From Opitutales bacterium (GTDB lineage: Bacteria; Verrucomicrobiota; Verrucomicrobiia; Opitutales; PNEW01): a DNA stretch of 64,000 nt. Positions 45,158-56,235 of the stretch are shown here, one piece after another. The number at the start of each line of letters is the position of its first letter. Positions within the stretch are counted from its first letter, which is position 1. The translations under genes and the position numbers were made by a program. Where the stretch lies: assembly GCA_965197745.1 (NCBI GenBank), contig CBDANS010000006.1, positions 992,001 through 1,056,000 on the forward strand. Reading direction: 5' to 3'. The notes beneath the pieces were generated by a model. The model ran no database searches, had not been told where the DNA came from, and was given only the letters and a program-made list of their open reading frames with translations.

Positions 45158-46174
45158 TCAGCCTCCAATATAGGACATCTCCACTTTATGAGGGGACATG
45201 TGTTTTTTGAGAAGGTCTTTGCGCAACTCTGAATAACGGTCGCTTCGCTTACTCCACGTGCCTGTCAGTAGGGTGAGTAACGCTAAGTCGCTCGCGCCTT
45301 CGCGTAGCGCTTTGCGTAAATCCTTGCCCTTGTTGGCAAATAAACAGGTGTAGAGCTGCCCGTCAGCAGTAATACGGGCGCGCGTACAATCGCGACAGAA
45401 AGGTTGTGTGACCGATGCGATGATACCAATCTCTACCTGGTTATCCGCATAACGGTAGCGTTTAGCCACCTCGCCACGATAGTCGGAGTCGACCGGTTCA
45501 ATCCGGAATTCTGACTGCAGGTCAGCAAGAATCTGTTTAGCCGGATATACGGCGCTCTTCTCCCAGCCGTTATGATTACCGACATCCATAAACTCAATAA
45601 ACCGTAACGTAAACGCGTGTCCTCTGGCATAGCGGGCCAGGGGTAGAATTTGCGTCTCATTGACCCCTTTTTCTACCACCATGTTGATCTTTACCGGTAA
45701 TCCTACACCGGCTGCCGCTTCCATTCCCTCTATCACGCGATTTACCGCTACCCCGCGACCATTCATCTTTTTGAATATCGAATCATCGATCGCGTCTAAA
45801 CTCACCGTAACCCGTTTTAATCCCGCTGCGTGGAGTGCTTCAACCGTCTGGTCTAAGAGTAAACCATTGGTTGTCAATGCGATGTCATCTATTCCGGGTA
45901 TTACCGAGAGAAATTTGACTAAATGGTCAAGTTCTTTCCTGATTAATGGTTCACCCCCTGTTAAGCGGATTTTCCGCACCCCACATTGAGAAAAAATCCT
46001 AGCCAATCGGGCAATCTCTTCGTAGGTAAGGAGTTCAGGTTTATTTAAAAATGCATAATCGCGTCCAAAAATCTCTGCCGGCATACAATAAGTGCAGCGC
46101 AAGTTACACCTGTCCGTAACGGAAATACGGAGGTCATGTAGCGGCCGGCCTAAAGTGTCAATGGGAAGGGTCAT
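45158..46174 (-). CDS. moaA: GTP 3',8-cyclase
   Basis: LRISVTDRCNLRCTYCMP, FCRDCTRAR, CLF, C-terminal MSYIGG. Confidence 0.97.
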   Translation of the reverse strand: MTLPIDTLGRPLHDLRISVTDRCNLRCTYCMPAEIFGRDYAFLNKPELLTYEEIARLARIFSQCGVRKIRLTGGEPLIRKELDHLVKFLSVIPGIDDIALTTNGLLLDQTVEALHAAGLKRVTVSLDAIDDSIFKKMNGRGVAVNRVIEGMEAAAGVGLPVKINMVVEKGVNETQILPLARYARGHAFTLRFIEFMDVGNHNGWEKSAVYPAKQILADLQSEFRIEPVDSDYRGEVAKRYRYADNQVEIGIIASVTQPFCRDCTRARITADGQLYTCLFANKGKDLRKALREGASDLALLTLLTGTWSKRSDRYSELRKDLLKKHMSPHKVEMSYIGG

Positions 46175-46267
46175 AATATTATAGGAGCAGATAAAATGGA
46201 TGGGAATTGCAAAATCTTCAATTTTAAAGGGAAATTAATTTAAAGCGAATTTCAACCGAGAGTGGAA

Positions 46268-47476
46268 ATGAGTATTTCCTGTGAAGAAGCCTTTAGTATT
46301 ATCGAAGAGACAACGGAGGCACTGCCATCTGAGGATTGTCCATTTGAGGGATTAGTAGGCCGTATCCTGCGCGAACCGGTAGTGGCCGATCGTGATTTAC
46401 CACCATTTAATCGTGTAATGATGGATGGGATTGCCATAGCTCAATCCGCATGGGATGATGGCATACGTGATTTCCCAATAGATGGGATGCAGGCAGCGGG
46501 TGCGTCGGTCCAGCAATTAAAGGACAAACATCACTGTCTCGAAGTTATGACCGGCGCCGTTTTGCCAACGCACTGCGAGTGTGTACTGCCCTACGAAGAA
46601 ATTACAATCGAGGCGGGTATCGCAAAAGTGGCTAATGGCACTTTAGCCAATGCGGGATTAAATATCCATCAGCAGGGGAGTGATTTTCCTGTTGGGGCGA
46701 CCCTTGTTGAGGCGGGAACACAGATTACCTCTCGAGAAATTGCGGTTGCGGCATCCTGTGGAAAAGAATCCCTCTCGGTTACCATCAGGCCGCGTATAGC
46801 GTTAATCGACTCCGGTGATGAACTGATTGAGATCAATGAATCGGTCGCGCAGCACCAGATCAGACGCTCCAATATTTATGCGCTCAATGCAGCGCTCACA
46901 GCTATCGGCATTACTGATTCCGAACAGATCCACATTAAAGATGATCGTGAGAACATTGAGATAACCTTGCGTGACATTGTTGAACGCACCGACGTAGTTA
47001 TCCTCAGTGGTGGAGTATCCAAGGGCAAACGCGATTTCATACCCGAGGTTCTCGAATCTGTGGGGGTGGAAAAAGCTTTTCACGGGGTTAAACAACGCCC
47101 CGGAAAACCCTTCTGGTATGGAAATATTTCCGGGGGCCCGGCGGTTTTTGCCCTGCCGGGTAATCCTCTTTCCACCCTGGTCTGTTTTCATCGCCATGTG
47201 AAACCCGCTATTGATATTATGCTGGCGCTGAGTCATAGAGTTTCAGGGTGGGCGGCATTAGCTCAACCCTTTACCTTTAAACCTTCATTAACTTTTTTTT
47301 TGCCAGTAATTGTTAAAACGCAGCAAGACGGCCTTCGCAGCGCAATTCCGGTTCCGGTAAGTAATTCCGGGGACTATGCCTCAATCGTGCCCACGCAGGG
47401 TTTTGTTGAGCTCCCCGCGGAAGAACGCGACGTGTTCCCTGAGGGTTATACCACGAAGTACTATACATGGCTTTGA
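46268..47476 (+). CDS. moeA: Molybdopterin molybdotransferase
   Basis: PPFNRVMMDG.A, MTGA.LP, SGDEL, SGGVSKG..D, RPGKP, LPGNP. Confidence 0.95.
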   Translation: MSISCEEAFSIIEETTEALPSEDCPFEGLVGRILREPVVADRDLPPFNRVMMDGIAIAQSAWDDGIRDFPIDGMQAAGASVQQLKDKHHCLEVMTGAVLPTHCECVLPYEEITIEAGIAKVANGTLANAGLNIHQQGSDFPVGATLVEAGTQITSREIAVAASCGKESLSVTIRPRIALIDSGDELIEINESVAQHQIRRSNIYALNAALTAIGITDSEQIHIKDDRENIEITLRDIVERTDVVILSGGVSKGKRDFIPEVLESVGVEKAFHGVKQRPGKPFWYGNISGGPAVFALPGNPLSTLVCFHRHVKPAIDIMLALSHRVSGWAALAQPFTFKPSLTFFLPVIVKTQQDGLRSAIPVPVSNSGDYASIVPTQGFVELPAEERDVFPEGYTTKYYTWL

Positions 47477-47506
47477 AACGGACTAAAATAACAGAACTAT
47501 TTCAAA

Positions 47507-47977
47507 ATGGCTTTTTCCCACATAAATAAAGAGAACGAACCTGAGATGGTAGACATCGGCAGCAAACCCGTGACTTCCCGTAAAGCTCACGCCCGCGCCG
47601 TGGTTGTTTTGACGGATGAGATCATGAAACATTTTAAAGGAAATGAACTCATGAGTAAAAAAGGGCCGGTATTCCAGACGGCAATTTTAGCAGGAGTGAT
47701 GGCGGCAAAAAAAACCCATGGGCTCATTCCCTTGTGTCACGCGATACCGCTGGAAGATTGTAAAATCACGATTGTCCCTGATGAAGGAGCCCGGGTCGTG
47801 GTCGACTGTGTTGCGAAAGCAACGCATAAAACGGGAGTCGAAATGGAAGCACTCACCGGTGCCAGTATTGCGGCTTTAACTATTTACGATATGTGCAAAG
47901 CCGTGTCACGTGGGATTATCATTGAGCGTATTCGGCTCATTGAAAAAACCGGCGGTAAAAGCGACTTTAAAGAATAA
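47507..47977 (+). CDS. moaC: Cyclic pyranopterin monophosphate synthase
   Basis: MVD...K, AAKKT..LIPLCH, TGVEMEAL, TIYDMCKA, KTGGKS. Confidence 0.97.
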   Translation: MAFSHINKENEPEMVDIGSKPVTSRKAHARAVVVLTDEIMKHFKGNELMSKKGPVFQTAILAGVMAAKKTHGLIPLCHAIPLEDCKITIVPDEGARVVVDCVAKATHKTGVEMEALTGASIAALTIYDMCKAVSRGIIIERIRLIEKTGGKSDFKE

Positions 47978-48034
47978 TGTTGTGCTGCCAGTACTTCGCG
48001 CTCGAAGGGTGCGAGGCGGGGCCTCGAGTTTTGT

Positions 48035-48667
48035 ATGAAATCAACACGGCTTTATATTATCAGGCACGGTGAAACGGAATGGAACCTTAAGAGGATTATT
48101 CAAGGCCATGCGGACAGCCCGCTAACCGATTCCGGAAGGGCTCAGGCGATGGCCATCGCCACAAGGCTACAGGGATTAGAATTTAATACCCTCTACAGCA
48201 GTGACCTCGGGAGAGCGGTGTCCACCGCGCAATACATTTCCGATAAATGCGGGCATCCCATTTTTACGGATGAACGCCTGAGAGAATTGAATTATGGTGT
48301 TTTCGAGGGTCTCAATGAGGCGGAGGCCGCCCGGCGGTTTCCAAAGGAGTTCAAATTTCTTAAAAACCGTGACCCGGAATATATCATCCCAGGCGGGGAA
48401 AGTTATAACCAGTTTTCTGCGCGAGCCATATCCTGCCTGGAGGAATTAATGGACAAGCATAAAGGGGAGCAAATTATGGTAATCACACATGGAGGCATAC
48501 TTAGCCGGTTATTCCGGCACGCCCTTAATCTTCCGGTTGTTGGACCCTATAATTTCAGAATAAGCAATGCCGCGCTTAATGCATTTTTTTTCGCAAACAG
48601 GCGCTGGCAACTGGAAATATGGGGAGACATAAGTCATCTTAGCAAGGTAAAGGTGACTTCAGCCTGA
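48035..48667 (+). CDS. Histidine phosphatase family protein
   Basis: RHGETEWN, SSDLGRA, LRE..YG.FEG, GGES, THGG. Confidence 0.9.
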   Translation: MKSTRLYIIRHGETEWNLKRIIQGHADSPLTDSGRAQAMAIATRLQGLEFNTLYSSDLGRAVSTAQYISDKCGHPIFTDERLRELNYGVFEGLNEAEAARRFPKEFKFLKNRDPEYIIPGGESYNQFSARAISCLEELMDKHKGEQIMVITHGGILSRLFRHALNLPVVGPYNFRISNAALNAFFFANRRWQLEIWGDISHLSKVKVTSA

Positions 48668-48697
48668 TCGGATTCCAGCTATAGAGGGTATTTTAAA

Positions 48698-49315
48698 ATG
48701 ACTGAGAAAAAAAACATTATGGGACTTGTGCTTGCCGGAGGAAGAAGCAGGCGAATGGGGCAGGACAAGACCCAACTCACAATTTTGGGCCAATCGCTCT
48801 TAATGCGCACTTATGAACTTGCCGTGCAGGTGTGCTCCGAGACCTACATTTCACTTCGTCAGGGACAGGATCAACCGAGGGAACCAGGGATTCAATCGGG
48901 AACGATTATTGATGACCAGTATGGTGAAATTGGACCTTTAGGAGGCATCCTCTCAGCGTTTGATAAACAGCCGGGCGGGCCATGGCTGGTCCTGGCCGTC
49001 GATTTGCCCTGTCTCGATAAAAACACACTGGATTTTCTATTGGCGCACCGAAACCCCGAAAAGCCGTTTACCGCTTACCGCGGTAGTAGCGACGGTCTGC
49101 CCGAACCCCTATGCGCCATTTATGAACCACAGAGTAAGGGTATTCTATGGGATTATTTTAAAAATCGGCGTGACCACTCTCCTAGAAGCATCCTTATCAA
49201 AGAAAACCCTCATCTTCTCAACCTTCCCAAGGCAAAGGCACTTGCCAATATTAATACCCTTGGGGATTATCAGAATATACTTGCGCAGTTAACCGTCGAA
49301 AATGAACCCAAATAA
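48698..49315 (+). CDS. mobA: Molybdenum cofactor guanylyltransferase
   Basis: LAGGRSRRMGQDK, GPLGGI, AVDLP, EPLCAIY, NINT. Confidence 0.92.
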   Translation: MTEKKNIMGLVLAGGRSRRMGQDKTQLTILGQSLLMRTYELAVQVCSETYISLRQGQDQPREPGIQSGTIIDDQYGEIGPLGGILSAFDKQPGGPWLVLAVDLPCLDKNTLDFLLAHRNPEKPFTAYRGSSDGLPEPLCAIYEPQSKGILWDYFKNRRDHSPRSILIKENPHLLNLPKAKALANINTLGDYQNILAQLTVENEPK

Positions 49316-49553
49316 AACCATTCAATTGGTCTATTATGCAATCCTTCGTGAACAGCGCGGGCTGAGCGAAGAAAAGCACGCAACATCTGCCGCTACCGCG
49401 CGCGAGCTATACGAGGAGTTAAAAAATGCGCACGGGTTTAATTTGCAGATAGAAGACCTCAAGGTGGCAATTAACGGCGATTTTACCGAATATGATAACG
49501 CCATCCGTGATGGCGATGACGTCGTCTTCATCCCCCCTGTAACGGGCGGTTAG
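49302..49553 (+). CDS. moaD: Molybdopterin synthase sulfur carrier
   Basis: YYA.LRE..G, VAIN, DGD.V.FIPPVTGG C-terminus. Confidence 0.93.
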   Translation: MNPNKTIQLVYYAILREQRGLSEEKHATSAATARELYEELKNAHGFNLQIEDLKVAINGDFTEYDNAIRDGDDVVFIPPVTGG

Positions 49554-49564
49554 AATTATTCGTG

Positions 49565-50011
49565 ATGTTTAAAATTTCTGATAAGCCGCTGGAAGAGAGA
49601 GCTCTTAGAGACTCCATGGCCCATGCCGAAGCCGGAGGGTTTGTAAGCTTTGAGGGATGGGTTCGCGATGTCAATGAGGGCAGACAGGTAAACGCACTTG
49701 AATATGAAGCGTTTACTGAGCTTGCCGAGCGTGAGGGCAGCCGCATCCTTAGAGAGGCAGAAGAAAAGTATGATCTTCTCAATTCGCAGTGCTGGCATCG
49801 CGTAGGACATTTACAAATCGGGGAGATGGCCGTTTGGGTGGGGGTTTGTTCCGCCCATCGAGCGGACGCATTTAAAGCGTGTAAGTATATCATTGATGAA
49901 GTAAAACAGCGCGTTCCTATCTGGAAAAAAGAATATTACAAAGAGGGGGACAGCGGCTGGCTCTGCCCTGTCGAGGGCTATGCGCACGCGCGTCCTGAAA
50001 AAAAGGAATGA
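49565..50011 (+). CDS. moaE: Molybdopterin synthase catalytic subunit
   Basis: [34 protein letters not shown]. Confidence 0.95.
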   Translation: MFKISDKPLEERALRDSMAHAEAGGFVSFEGWVRDVNEGRQVNALEYEAFTELAEREGSRILREAEEKYDLLNSQCWHRVGHLQIGEMAVWVGVCSAHRADAFKACKYIIDEVKQRVPIWKKEYYKEGDSGWLCPVEGYAHARPEKKE

Positions 50012-51510
50012 GCGCGAATCGATCAGATATTGGATTAATCGGATTGGCCGTCATGGGACAAAATCTTGCCCTCAATATCGCCGATCATGGCTTCCGCATC
50101 TCAGTCTATAATCGCACCGCAGCGAAGACGGAAAAATTTGTTGCCGAAAACCCTGGCACTCCGGGGGCACTGGTGGGGAAAATCGACTTGAAGGACTTTG
50201 TGCAATCGCTTTCCCAACCGCGAAAAATAATTATTCTTGTCCAGGCAGGCAGCGGAACGGATGCGGTAATCGACAGTCTATTGCCTTTGCTGGACACGGG
50301 GGACATCATAATCGACGGGGGTAACGCGCAGTGGACAGATACGATCCGGCGTGAAAAAGAGCTGAATGAGAAGGGATACCGTTTTATTGGCTCCGGTGTG
50401 TCCGGTGGCGAAGAAGGCGCACGCTTTGGGCCCTCCCTTATGCCCGGGGGCCGTGAAGACGCGTGGAGAGAACTTGAACCCATCTGGAATGCAATCGCAG
50501 CCAAGGTTGATCCGGAGACCGGAAGGCCGCTGGAGGGGATGGAACCCGGGAAACCTGTAGTGGGGGGCGTTCCCTGTACCGCCTATATAGGCGCCAATGG
50601 TGCGGGGCATTATGTCAAGATGGTTCATAATGGGATTGAATACGGAGATATGCAGATGATCTGTGAAGCCTATGATTTAATGCGTAATCTTCTCGGCATG
50701 TCTTCGGCAGAAATGGGGGGTACCTTCGAGACCTGGAATGGGGGTGTTCTTGATTCTTTTCTCATACAGATAACCGCAGACATTTTAATACAGACCGATC
50801 CGGTATCGGGGGAACCCTTTGTCGATATTGTTCTCGATGCGGCGGGGCAGAAGGGTACCGGCAAATGGACCAGCATCAATTCGATTGATATGGGGGTTCC
50901 CGCGCCGACCATTGCCGAAGCGGTTTTTGCCCGCTTCCTTAGCGCGATTAAGGATGAGCGAAGTGCGGCCAGCGCTATTCTCAAGGGCCCGGGGAAAACG
51001 TTTCAAGGAGATAAGCCCTCTTTTATCGCGGCCGTTCATGACGCGCTTTATTGCGCAAAAATCTGCTCTTATGCCCAGGGATTTCAACTTATGCGCGCGG
51101 CGCAAAATGAATACTCCTGGAATCTAAATTTTGGGGAAATTGCGCAAATCTGGCGTGGGGGTTGTATTATTCGTGCCGCTTTTCTCCAAAAAATTACCGA
51201 GGCCTATGCGCGGGACACCCAATTGGCTAATCTCCTTCTCGATCCCTATTTTAACGATGCCGTGCAGCAGGCACAGATCAACTGGCGACTTGTAATTGGT
51301 GCAGCGGCGGAATACGGAATTCCTGTTCCCACCTTTTCCTCGGCCCTCGCCTACTACGATAGTTATCGCGAGGAGCGACTGCCGCAAAACCTTCTTCAAG
51401 GACAGCGGGATTATTTCGGCGCGCATACCTATGAACGCACGGATCAGCCTCGGGGGAAATTTTTCCATATTGACTGGCCCGCCCCTTCACGACCCCAAGA
51501 GGAGGTATAA
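50008..51510 (+). CDS. gnd: NADP-dependent 6-phosphogluconate dehydrogenase
   Basis: [49 protein letters not shown]. Confidence 0.98.
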   Translation: MSANRSDIGLIGLAVMGQNLALNIADHGFRISVYNRTAAKTEKFVAENPGTPGALVGKIDLKDFVQSLSQPRKIIILVQAGSGTDAVIDSLLPLLDTGDIIIDGGNAQWTDTIRREKELNEKGYRFIGSGVSGGEEGARFGPSLMPGGREDAWRELEPIWNAIAAKVDPETGRPLEGMEPGKPVVGGVPCTAYIGANGAGHYVKMVHNGIEYGDMQMICEAYDLMRNLLGMSSAEMGGTFETWNGGVLDSFLIQITADILIQTDPVSGEPFVDIVLDAAGQKGTGKWTSINSIDMGVPAPTIAEAVFARFLSAIKDERSAASAILKGPGKTFQGDKPSFIAAVHDALYCAKICSYAQGFQLMRAAQNEYSWNLNFGEIAQIWRGGCIIRAAFLQKITEAYARDTQLANLLLDPYFNDAVQQAQINWRLVIGAAAEYGIPVPTFSSALAYYDSYREERLPQNLLQGQRDYFGAHTYERTDQPRGKFFHIDWPAPSRPQEEV

Positions 51511-51837
51511 TTATAATTGCAGAAATTTAAGGGGTTACTCTTCGTCTTTATCTCATACTTGGAAGATAAGATTTTATTAATCATACAATGGCGAAGAAGA
51601 AGAAGATCCTAAATAATAGGGACTAATTGTGTTGTGTGCGTCTACGATGATGTCGCAGCAATGATCAGTCAGCTCAATGCTATTCGCGCCACAAGTGCCG
51701 CAATAATAGCTAATCCTCTTAGGTTACCTGATCAAATTTCGTCGCGTTATCGATAAAATGGAGCGATCGGAAATTATCTAACTGTGTTCAGCGTAAAATC
51801 CATGCTCGGCTTTGAGGCTTTAATTAGTTAACGCCGA

Positions 51838-52332
51838 TCAATCGCGATAAGACCATAAGAGACGCGCGGATTTTCGATCAAGGGCATCGGGGTCTGCGAC
51901 ATGATAGAGATCCCCCGCGAGATCGCGAATGATCATGCCCTCATCAGGCAAGCTTCTTGGCCAATCGTCGAGCTTGGTTTGAAATCTGCGCGGTCCCTGC
52001 TTCGTTTCTACCACCCACAGGCGAAGATCGTATTCCTTTTTGATATTCTTAATCGCTGTCACTTCAAGGGTGAAAGTTGACTCTGCCAGCGTCGCTTCCA
52101 CGGCGCGCCGCGAGGCGTCATCTAGATCTTCAAGCCGGTTAATGAGATAAATTTCTTTGCTCTCATTTTCGCATAGGGATAGAAACCGGGTGGGCGCGCT
52201 CCATGGGAAACAGGGACGCAATAATACCGCGATTGATTTTCCATCGCGCATAACTTTGAGAGTCCCGTCGCTGTCGCGCTTTATCTGTGGGGGCGATTCC
52301 ATTGTTAAATCCTGGCCGTTGTAATTTTCCAT
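51838..52332 (-). CDS. DUF1854-domain protein
   Basis: PCFPWS.P..FLSL, W.VET..G.R.F, I.D..G..Y. Confidence 0.8.
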   Translation of the reverse strand: MENYNGQDLTMESPPQIKRDSDGTLKVMRDGKSIAVLLRPCFPWSAPTRFLSLCENESKEIYLINRLEDLDDASRRAVEATLAESTFTLEVTAIKNIKKEYDLRLWVVETKQGPRRFQTKLDDWPRSLPDEGMIIRDLAGDLYHVADPDALDRKSARLLWSYRD

Positions 52333-52367
52333 TTTAAATATTCTATTTCAGGAGAGCATCCGGATTA

Positions 52368-54671
52368 TTAGAGCACATACATTTCATGAAGTTCGCGCTG
52401 TAAATTGTAGAGGTTCTTATAGACCCCGTTTTCTTTTTGCAGGAGTTCATCGTGCGTCCCGCTCTCGACGAGGGATCCTTCATGCATGACAAAAAGCCGG
52501 TTCGCTTTACGCAGGGTAGAGAGGCGATGGGCAATCGCGATGACGGTACGCCCTTCAATAAGCCGTTCCAGGGCCTCCTGAATATTGCGTTCGGTTTCTG
52601 AATCTACACTGCTTGTCGCTTCATCGAGGATTAAAATACGAGGATTGTGCAGGATCGCGCGGGCGATAGACACCCGTTGACGTTCTCCACCACTCAGGGT
52701 GTGACCACGCTCTCCTACAATCGTGTCATAGCCGAGTTTTAATTTGCTGATAAAGTCATGGGCGTTGGCGGCGTTGGCCGCAGTGACTACTTGCTCCAGG
52801 GTTGCTTCCTGGTTACCGTAGCGGATATTGTCGAGAATACTCCCGTGAAAAAGAAATGGGTCCTGCATGACCATGCCGATCTGCTCACGATAGTGGCCGA
52901 TATCGAGGTCGCGAATATCGACACCATCAACCGTAACGCTGCCCGCCTGCGCATCGTAAAACCGCGCAATCAGATTTGTTATCGTTGTTTTCCCCGCGCC
53001 CGATTTGCCAACGAGCCCAATCATTTCGCCGGGGTTTATCTCAAAGGAAATGTTCTTGAGCATATGCAGTACCGGGTCGTAGCCAAATGACACATCGTCA
53101 AATTGTATATTTCCTTCTACTGGATCCAAGCGAACCGGATTGGGGCGAGATACAATTTCGGGTTCTGTATCGAGCAATTCGAATATCCGGTGGGCAGAGC
53201 TGAGCGACCGGTTGATTAACCGGGTAAGATAGCCGAAATTCTCAACCGGCATGATAAACATCCCCACGTAGAGAAGAAAGGCTATAAATTCACCCGGGGT
53301 AAGCGTAATACTATCAGGGGTGCCATCACCGAGAAGACGGGGTAGAGCAAAAAACCAAACGAGGAGAACGAGAGACTCCAGGCCGAGATAAATGAGCGGC
53401 CAGTATGTTGTCCACACCTTCTGAATTCTAATCCCCTCGTTAGTGACACTGGCATTACTTTGACCAAAGCGATTGCGCTCATATTCCTCCTGATTAAAGG
53501 CTTTAACGACGCTTACCCCCGAGAGCGTGTCCGCAAGCAGGCCCGTCATATCCGACCATTTTCGCCATACGCGCAGAAATGTCCGGTGGAGATTGCGGCC
53601 CATAATATAAATAAAATATAAGACCAGAGGCACGGGCCCAATAACCACTAAACTCAGCTGCCAGTCCATCATGAAGAGGACAGTCCCAAGCCCGATTATC
53701 ATCAGGGTGGATAAAGTCATCTCCGCAAAGCCGAAGGCTATAAAATCCCAGAGTCGATCGGTGTCTGAACTTACGCGACTGACAATGCTCCCTGTCTGGC
53801 GATGTGAAAAGTAGCTTAAACTTAATTTATGCAAATGATTGTAGAGGATATCGCGAAGGTCCCGAGCCACCCATTCGCCAATCATCGACATCATCCGCAG
53901 CTGCAGCCACATAAATACCTGGCGCAACAGATAAACAGTAACGATGACCCCCAATATCATCCATCCCGTGCGGGAAGCCTCTTCCAGCGGGACAGCCCCG
54001 TCGGTATAAGGGATAATCACATCGTCTACTAAGTACCCGGTAAAAAAAGGGGGGACCAGGCTAACCGCAGTTAATCCTGCGGCGGAAAGTAAACCCAGGA
54101 TAAAGCGACCTCGATAAGGTTTGATATAGGCTAGCAATCGCCATAATACCGCCACTTTATTTTCTGCGACTGAGGCCTGGGCATTGCTAATCGGTTTCGC
54201 AACGGCCTTGGCATAAACGGAATCTGCATCGACATTGGATTCCCCCAGGGTGTTTCCCTTTATCTTTTCCTTGAGCAGGAAAATGATGGGCCCCATCGCC
54301 TGTCGTTGCCTTTGCGTGTAACGAATGACGGCGAGTGCCGGCTTATCTGGAGCGCCGTAAAAAGAAACAATCGTACAACTTAACCCCGGCGCCTCCCTTA
54401 TTTCTTTAATTTGGGAGTGCGCAATAGTCTTAAACTCGAATTGGGTTCCGTTATCCTTCTCGTGAGCTACCGCTATTTGCTCGGGGCCAAGGGCCAACCA
54501 ACTTTGAGATAACTGGAACGTGGCATCGAGATCGATCAACGCGTAGAGTTGAACGGGTTGATTATTCCAGGCTGATTCTAACTGCGCACGCACAGCTTTC
54601 GGCATCACAGTGGGTTGATCCATGAAGCGGGTAATGAAATTTCTGTCTCTCAATAAATAAGGAGTGTTCAT
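52368..54671 (-). CDS. ABC exporter (permease+ATPase) with N-terminal extension, DUF1854-associated
   Basis: GKSGAGKT, LSGGERQR, LILDEATS, IAHRLST; ~170-aa extra N-terminal domain. Confidence 0.93.
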   Translation of the reverse strand: MNTPYLLRDRNFITRFMDQPTVMPKAVRAQLESAWNNQPVQLYALIDLDATFQLSQSWLALGPEQIAVAHEKDNGTQFEFKTIAHSQIKEIREAPGLSCTIVSFYGAPDKPALAVIRYTQRQRQAMGPIIFLLKEKIKGNTLGESNVDADSVYAKAVAKPISNAQASVAENKVAVLWRLLAYIKPYRGRFILGLLSAAGLTAVSLVPPFFTGYLVDDVIIPYTDGAVPLEEASRTGWMILGVIVTVYLLRQVFMWLQLRMMSMIGEWVARDLRDILYNHLHKLSLSYFSHRQTGSIVSRVSSDTDRLWDFIAFGFAEMTLSTLMIIGLGTVLFMMDWQLSLVVIGPVPLVLYFIYIMGRNLHRTFLRVWRKWSDMTGLLADTLSGVSVVKAFNQEEYERNRFGQSNASVTNEGIRIQKVWTTYWPLIYLGLESLVLLVWFFALPRLLGDGTPDSITLTPGEFIAFLLYVGMFIMPVENFGYLTRLINRSLSSAHRIFELLDTEPEIVSRPNPVRLDPVEGNIQFDDVSFGYDPVLHMLKNISFEINPGEMIGLVGKSGAGKTTITNLIARFYDAQAGSVTVDGVDIRDLDIGHYREQIGMVMQDPFLFHGSILDNIRYGNQEATLEQVVTAANAANAHDFISKLKLGYDTIVGERGHTLSGGERQRVSIARAILHNPRILILDEATSSVDSETERNIQEALERLIEGRTVIAIAHRLSTLRKANRLFVMHEGSLVESGTHDELLQKENGVYKNLYNLQRELHEMYVL

Positions 54672-55064
54672 GGGAAAGGGAAATGGAAGTTAATAAATCT
54701 GGATTTCAGGAGAACCTGTAAGAACAGCTTGAAAGCTGGTATAGTTATGGGAGTAGTATAAATATTGTGCCGAAGCCCGGGATTTTATTGCTGCGCGTAT
54801 GTATTCCGGACGCCACCACCTCCGCATTCGGAGTGAAGGCAAGCGAAAGACTATGTGGCTAAGCAGTGAATAGCGGGCAACGCTCGGTCAAAGGGGTATG
54901 GCAGTAAGTATCATGATCTACCTCACTAATTAATCGGTCCCCATGGTTACTCCTAATAATTGCTGCTGGCAATATTTATTTTCGCATCTCTATAACTACG
55001 GAAATTTATACTATCAATTAATCTAAAACGTAACCCTCTTAAGCGCGATCTCAATGAGGGTTAA

Positions 55065-55685
55065 TCATGGCGCGCCCTCGCTGATGCGGCGTTTTTCAGC
55101 CAGGTAGAAATCGCGGAGAGCGGCGAAGTCATCCTCCTGGGTGCGGCTGGTTATACAGTAATCATAATAGCTGCTTTGCTTGAGTTCACGCGCGGCCGTT
55201 TTAAGGCGCCTGGCGATTTCGGCATCTTCGTCATCACCCCGTTTTTGAAGGCGGTCTCTCAATTGCTCTATATCTTGTGGTTGAATGAAGATGGTCACCA
55301 GGTGCGGTGCGAGTAACGCGTCCGTTTTTGCCGCTTCACGAAAAGAGGCGGCCCCTTGCACGTCGATACTGAGCAGGAGATCGATATTTTTCGCCAGCTT
55401 TCCCTGGATTTCGCTTTTTAACGATCCATAGCGGTGATTATGCACCTGGGCCCATTCATAAAACGCGCCGCTTTTCACCTCATTTTCAAACGTCGGGGGA
55501 TCAAAAAAGTAGTAATCGACACCGTCTTTTTCGCCCTCGCGTCGCGGACGCGTCGTCGAGGTAATAACCCGTTGCAAGCGCGGTTGAAAAGCCTCCAGCA
55601 TGGCTGCGCAAAGCGTTGTCTTACCGCTTCCAGCGGGACCTGATAAGATAAGGAGCAGCGCCCGGTTCACGTCTTGAGGGAGCAT
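55065..55685 (-). CDS. gmk: Guanylate kinase
   Basis: SGPAGSGKTT, TTRPRREGEKDGVDYYF, EWA.VH..RYG, IDVQGA. Confidence 0.95.
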   Translation of the reverse strand: MLPQDVNRALLLILSGPAGSGKTTLCAAMLEAFQPRLQRVITSTTRPRREGEKDGVDYYFFDPPTFENEVKSGAFYEWAQVHNHRYGSLKSEIQGKLAKNIDLLLSIDVQGAASFREAAKTDALLAPHLVTIFIQPQDIEQLRDRLQKRGDDEDAEIARRLKTAARELKQSSYYDYCITSRTQEDDFAALRDFYLAEKRRISEGAP

Positions 55686-55688
55686 CGC

Positions 55689-56225
55689 TCAGTAGCTAAA
55701 TGCGACGACACATAAAAGCAAACCATAAAGAGTAATGAAGGAGCCAATTCCGCTGGTGCGGCTGCGGCGTGTGAAGAGCCAATTAAAAAAATCACGCACC
55801 CGGTAAGGCACCACCCCCAGGTAGAGCGCGATAATAATACAGAGGTAGACAAAACTTACCATAAAGAGACGGGCTGCAGGTTCCTGCATATACGCGGCAT
55901 CGAGAAGAACACGGGCGCACATTAAAACGAGGATGACCGCGCCCCGCACCGCCAGGTAATCCTTGACGAATATAAATGAGAGAAAAGCGATACCAAAAAA
56001 AAGGATGAATAAAATATGGCGGTAATGACCGAAATCGGCCGCGCCCAGTTGCGTTACTTCATATAAAAACCATGCTGATCCGAGTCCCATGAGTAAAAAC
56101 GTGATGGGCGACGAACGCAGAGATTTTTTTGCCAAACGCTCGAATGCCGGGTTGTTCCACAGTAATAATATTCCTGTTATCAGGAGCAATATACCGGGCA
56201 AAAGGGTAGCGATGAAAAGCGACAT
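55689..56225 (-). CDS. Hypothetical multi-TM membrane protein (start re-assigned to ATG 56225)
   Basis: Hydrophobic ORF between miaB and gmk with operon-like spacing. Confidence 0.7.
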   Translation of the reverse strand: MSLFIATLLPGILLLITGILLLWNNPAFERLAKKSLRSSPITFLLMGLGSAWFLYEVTQLGAADFGHYRHILFILFFGIAFLSFIFVKDYLAVRGAVILVLMCARVLLDAAYMQEPAARLFMVSFVYLCIIIALYLGVVPYRVRDFFNWLFTRRSRTSGIGSFITLYGLLLCVVAFSY

Positions 56226-56235
56226 AGCTGATACT

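Noticed and set aside
51511..51837. Possible small ORF or sRNA after gnd
   Set aside because: Only a 12-codon ORF and no clear stem-loop or promoter.
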